A stretch of 26,662 nt of DNA, from assembly GCA_031415475.1 (NCBI GenBank), contig JANORU010000218.1:1-26662 (forward strand), given 5' to 3'. Positions 24,565 to 26,662 of the stretch are shown one piece after another. Made by a program: the position numbers and the translations under genes. This stretch comes from Hyphomicrobium sp. GTDB lineage: Bacteria > Pseudomonadota > Alphaproteobacteria > Rhizobiales > Hyphomicrobiaceae. The stretch's first letter is position 1. Each line of letters begins with the position of its first letter. The notes beneath the pieces are model-generated. The model was not told the DNA's origin. It saw only the letters and a program-made list of their open reading frames with translations, and ran no database searches.

Positions 24565-25526
24565 CGGTTCTTGCCGAACTGCTGGTCGGCGATGTCCTTG
24601 ATCCCGGCACGTAGAGCAGCAGTGACTCCGGGTTCGGTGATCGCGTGCCCGGCGTTGTCGAGGATCTCGAGCCGCGCCGCCGGCCATGCCTTGGCCAGCG
24701 CTTGCGCCGCTTCTGGTGGGCACAATAAATCATAGCGGCCCTGCACGATCACACCGGGGATCGCGGCGAGCCGATCGGCATTGGCAATGAGTGCGTCCGG
24801 TGACAGGAAAAAGGAGTTGGCGATGTAGTGCGCTTCGATCAGCGGCGTCGGCGGCAGGCGGACCGGCTGGTCGTTCAGTGATGGCAAGTGAACATCGCCC
24901 GGCGAGAGTTCCGACAGCGCGCGCTCGTAGCTGTTCCAAACCGCCGCTGCCGGGGCGTGAATCGCCGGATCTGGGGTGTTCAATCGCGCCAAATAGGCCC
25001 GCAACGGCTCGCCACGCTCTCTGCCCGGCAACGCCGAACAAAACGCCTCGTACAGCTCGGGGCGAAAGCGGCGCGGGCCGTCTTCAAACGCCCACTGCAC
25101 CTCGCGATCGGTCCCGAGAAAGATAGCCCGGAGCACGAGGCCGGCCACGCAATCGGGGTAGGTTTCGGCATACGCGAGCGCCAGCGTCGATCCCCACGAG
25201 CCACCGACCACGATCCAACGCTCAATCGCGAAATGACAACGGATTGCTTCCAGATCCTCAACCAGGTGCCTAGTCGTATTGGCGGTGCGCGACAGGTAGG
25301 GGTGGCTGCGGCCGGCCCCGCGCTGATCGAACAGGATGGCGCGGAACCGCTCGGGATCGAACAGCGAGCGATGGCTGTGCTGCGATCCGCTGCCCGGACC
25401 GCCATGCAGAAACACAGCCGGAATGCCGTCGCGGCGGCCGACCTCCTCGACGTACAGCCAATGGCCGTCGCCGACCGATAGCATAATGGCGTCGAGCGGT
25501 TTCTGACCTGGCACTGGATCGTGCAT
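24561..25526 (-). CDS. pip: Proline iminopeptidase (alpha/beta hydrolase, peptidase S33)
   Basis: FLHGGPGSG, FDQRGAGRS, GGSWGSTLALAYA (Ser), QGRYDLLCP (Asp) and AGHA (His). Start ATG 25526. It overlaps the xerD stop by 4 nt. Confidence 0.9.
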   Translation of the reverse strand: MHDPVPGQKPLDAIMLSVGDGHWLYVEEVGRRDGIPAVFLHGGPGSGSQHSHRSLFDPERFRAILFDQRGAGRSHPYLSRTANTTRHLVEDLEAIRCHFAIERWIVVGGSWGSTLALAYAETYPDCVAGLVLRAIFLGTDREVQWAFEDGPRRFRPELYEAFCSALPGRERGEPLRAYLARLNTPDPAIHAPAAAVWNSYERALSELSPGDVHLPSLNDQPVRLPPTPLIEAHYIANSFFLSPDALIANADRLAAIPGVIVQGRYDLLCPPEAAQALAKAWPAARLEILDNAGHAITEPGVTAALRAGIKDIADQQFGKNR

Positions 25527-25539
25527 CGCGAGCCTTGAT

Positions 25540-26662
25540 CTAGTGCGAACTCGACGTACTGGCGCCGTAACCGGTTTCGGAGCGCACACGCTGTGCTGCA
25601 AACGCGGCCCGTTCCGCGTTACCTTGAGCACTGTTGTCCGTCTTGGATACCAGCCAAATCGTGAAGAATGCGAGCGTCATCGAGAATAATGCCGGGTTGT
25701 CGTAGGGAAAAATCGCCGCTGCGTAGCCGAACGTTTTCACCCAAACGGCCGGGCTTAGAACCACCATTGTAACAGCCGACACAAGTCCCAACAGTCCGCC
25801 GCAGAACGCGCCGCGCGTGGTCGTGCCGCCCCAATGCAGGCTCATGATCAGAACCGGGAAATTGCAACTTGCCGCGACAGCAAACGCGAGGCCAACCATG
25901 AACGCCACATTCTGCTTCTCGAAGATGTAACCAAGCGCGACGGCAATAAGGCCGATCACCACGGCCGCGACTTTCGATATCCGGACCTCGGTTGCCTCGG
26001 TTGCCCGGCCACGGGCAAAAACGTTGGCATAAAGATCGTGGCTGACGGCAGAGGCACCGGCCAGAGTGAGACCGGCGACCACCGCGAGGATTGTTGCAAA
26101 CGCGACCGCCGAGATGAAGCCGAGGAAATAAGAGCCGCCAATCGCCTTGGAGAGATGCACGGCCGCCATGTTGGTGCCGCCAAGAAGGCCGCCGACCTTG
26201 TCGATCGTCCCATCGGCACCCGGCTGATAAAACGACGGGTCGTTCATCAGCAGTGTGATGGCGCCGAAGCCGATGATGAATGTGAGAATGTAGAAATAAC
26301 CGATGAACCCGGTTGCATAGAACACGCTCTTGCGCGCCGCTTTGGCGTCGCGCACCGTGAAAAAGCGCATGAGAATATGTGGCAGGCCGGCCGTGCCGAA
26401 CATCAAGGCCAAGCCCAGCGATACCGCGGAAATGGGATCCGCGACCAGCTTGCCGGGTGACATGATGGACAGGCCACTGGGATGCGCCTCGGTTGCCGCC
26501 TTGAACATGGCTTCCGGCGAGAAACTGAACTGCACGAGGACCATCAGCGCCATGAATGTCGCGCCGCCAAGCAGCAGACACGCCTTGATGATCTGCACCC
26601 AGGTCGTTGCCACCATGCCGCCAAAGGCGACGTAGGTGATCATGAGGACGCCGACCATGGCA
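25540..26662 (-). CDS. actP: Cation/acetate symporter ActP (sodium:solute symporter family); 5' end outside the window
   Basis: [78 protein letters not shown] and RSETGYGA. Confidence 0.92.
   Translation of the reverse strand, partial: AMVGVLMITYVAFGGMVATTWVQIIKACLLLGGATFMALMVLVQFSFSPEAMFKAATEAHPSGLSIMSPGKLVADPISAVSLGLALMFGTAGLPHILMRFFTVRDAKAARKSVFYATGFIGYFYILTFIIGFGAITLLMNDPSFYQPGADGTIDKVGGLLGGTNMAAVHLSKAIGGSYFLGFISAVAFATILAVVAGLTLAGASAVSHDLYANVFARGRATEATEVRISKVAAVVIGLIAVALGYIFEKQNVAFMVGLAFAVAASCNFPVLIMSLHWGGTTTRGAFCGGLLGLVSAVTMVVLSPAVWVKTFGYAAAIFPYDNPALFSMTLAFFTIWLVSKTDNSAQGNAERAAFAAQRVRSETGYGASTSSSH

Overview
GC-rich alphaproteobacterial chromosome segment; a Hyphomicrobiales/Hyphomicrobiaceae-like origin is inferred from gene content and order, not from a search. 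Most of it follows a gene order I recall as a conserved Rhizobiales core block: carD, fdxA, S4/Hsp15-like gene, Suv3/MgpS-like helicase, DUF3108, rpmB, phytase-like esterase, cobT, cobS, J-domain protein, bolA, hlyC/corC, aroB, aroK, two uncharacterised envelope genes and xerD. On the left are a 5'-truncated RTX/cadherin-like secreted protein and a thermonuclease-fold gene; on the right are pip and a 5'-truncated actP. No tRNA, rRNA, CRISPR array, transposase or prophage was seen. The main points of interest are: (1) a two-gene islet between bolA and hlyC, encoding a small secreted Arg/Trp/His-rich peptide whose four Cys are symmetric for a two-disulfide beta-hairpin, divergent from an XRE regulator with a palindromic candidate operator; (2) a CarD with a ~200-aa histone-H1-like basic N-terminal extension; (3) an exported SNase-fold protein lacking most catalytic residues; (4) a ~103-bp Bru-RS/RIME-like palindromic element at a stop codon, flanked by a 9-bp direct repeat; (5) a Suv3-like helicase translationally coupled to an Hsp15-like gene; (6) a terminator-like hairpin in the rpmB leader. 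All assignments come from motif recognition by eye; no database was searched.
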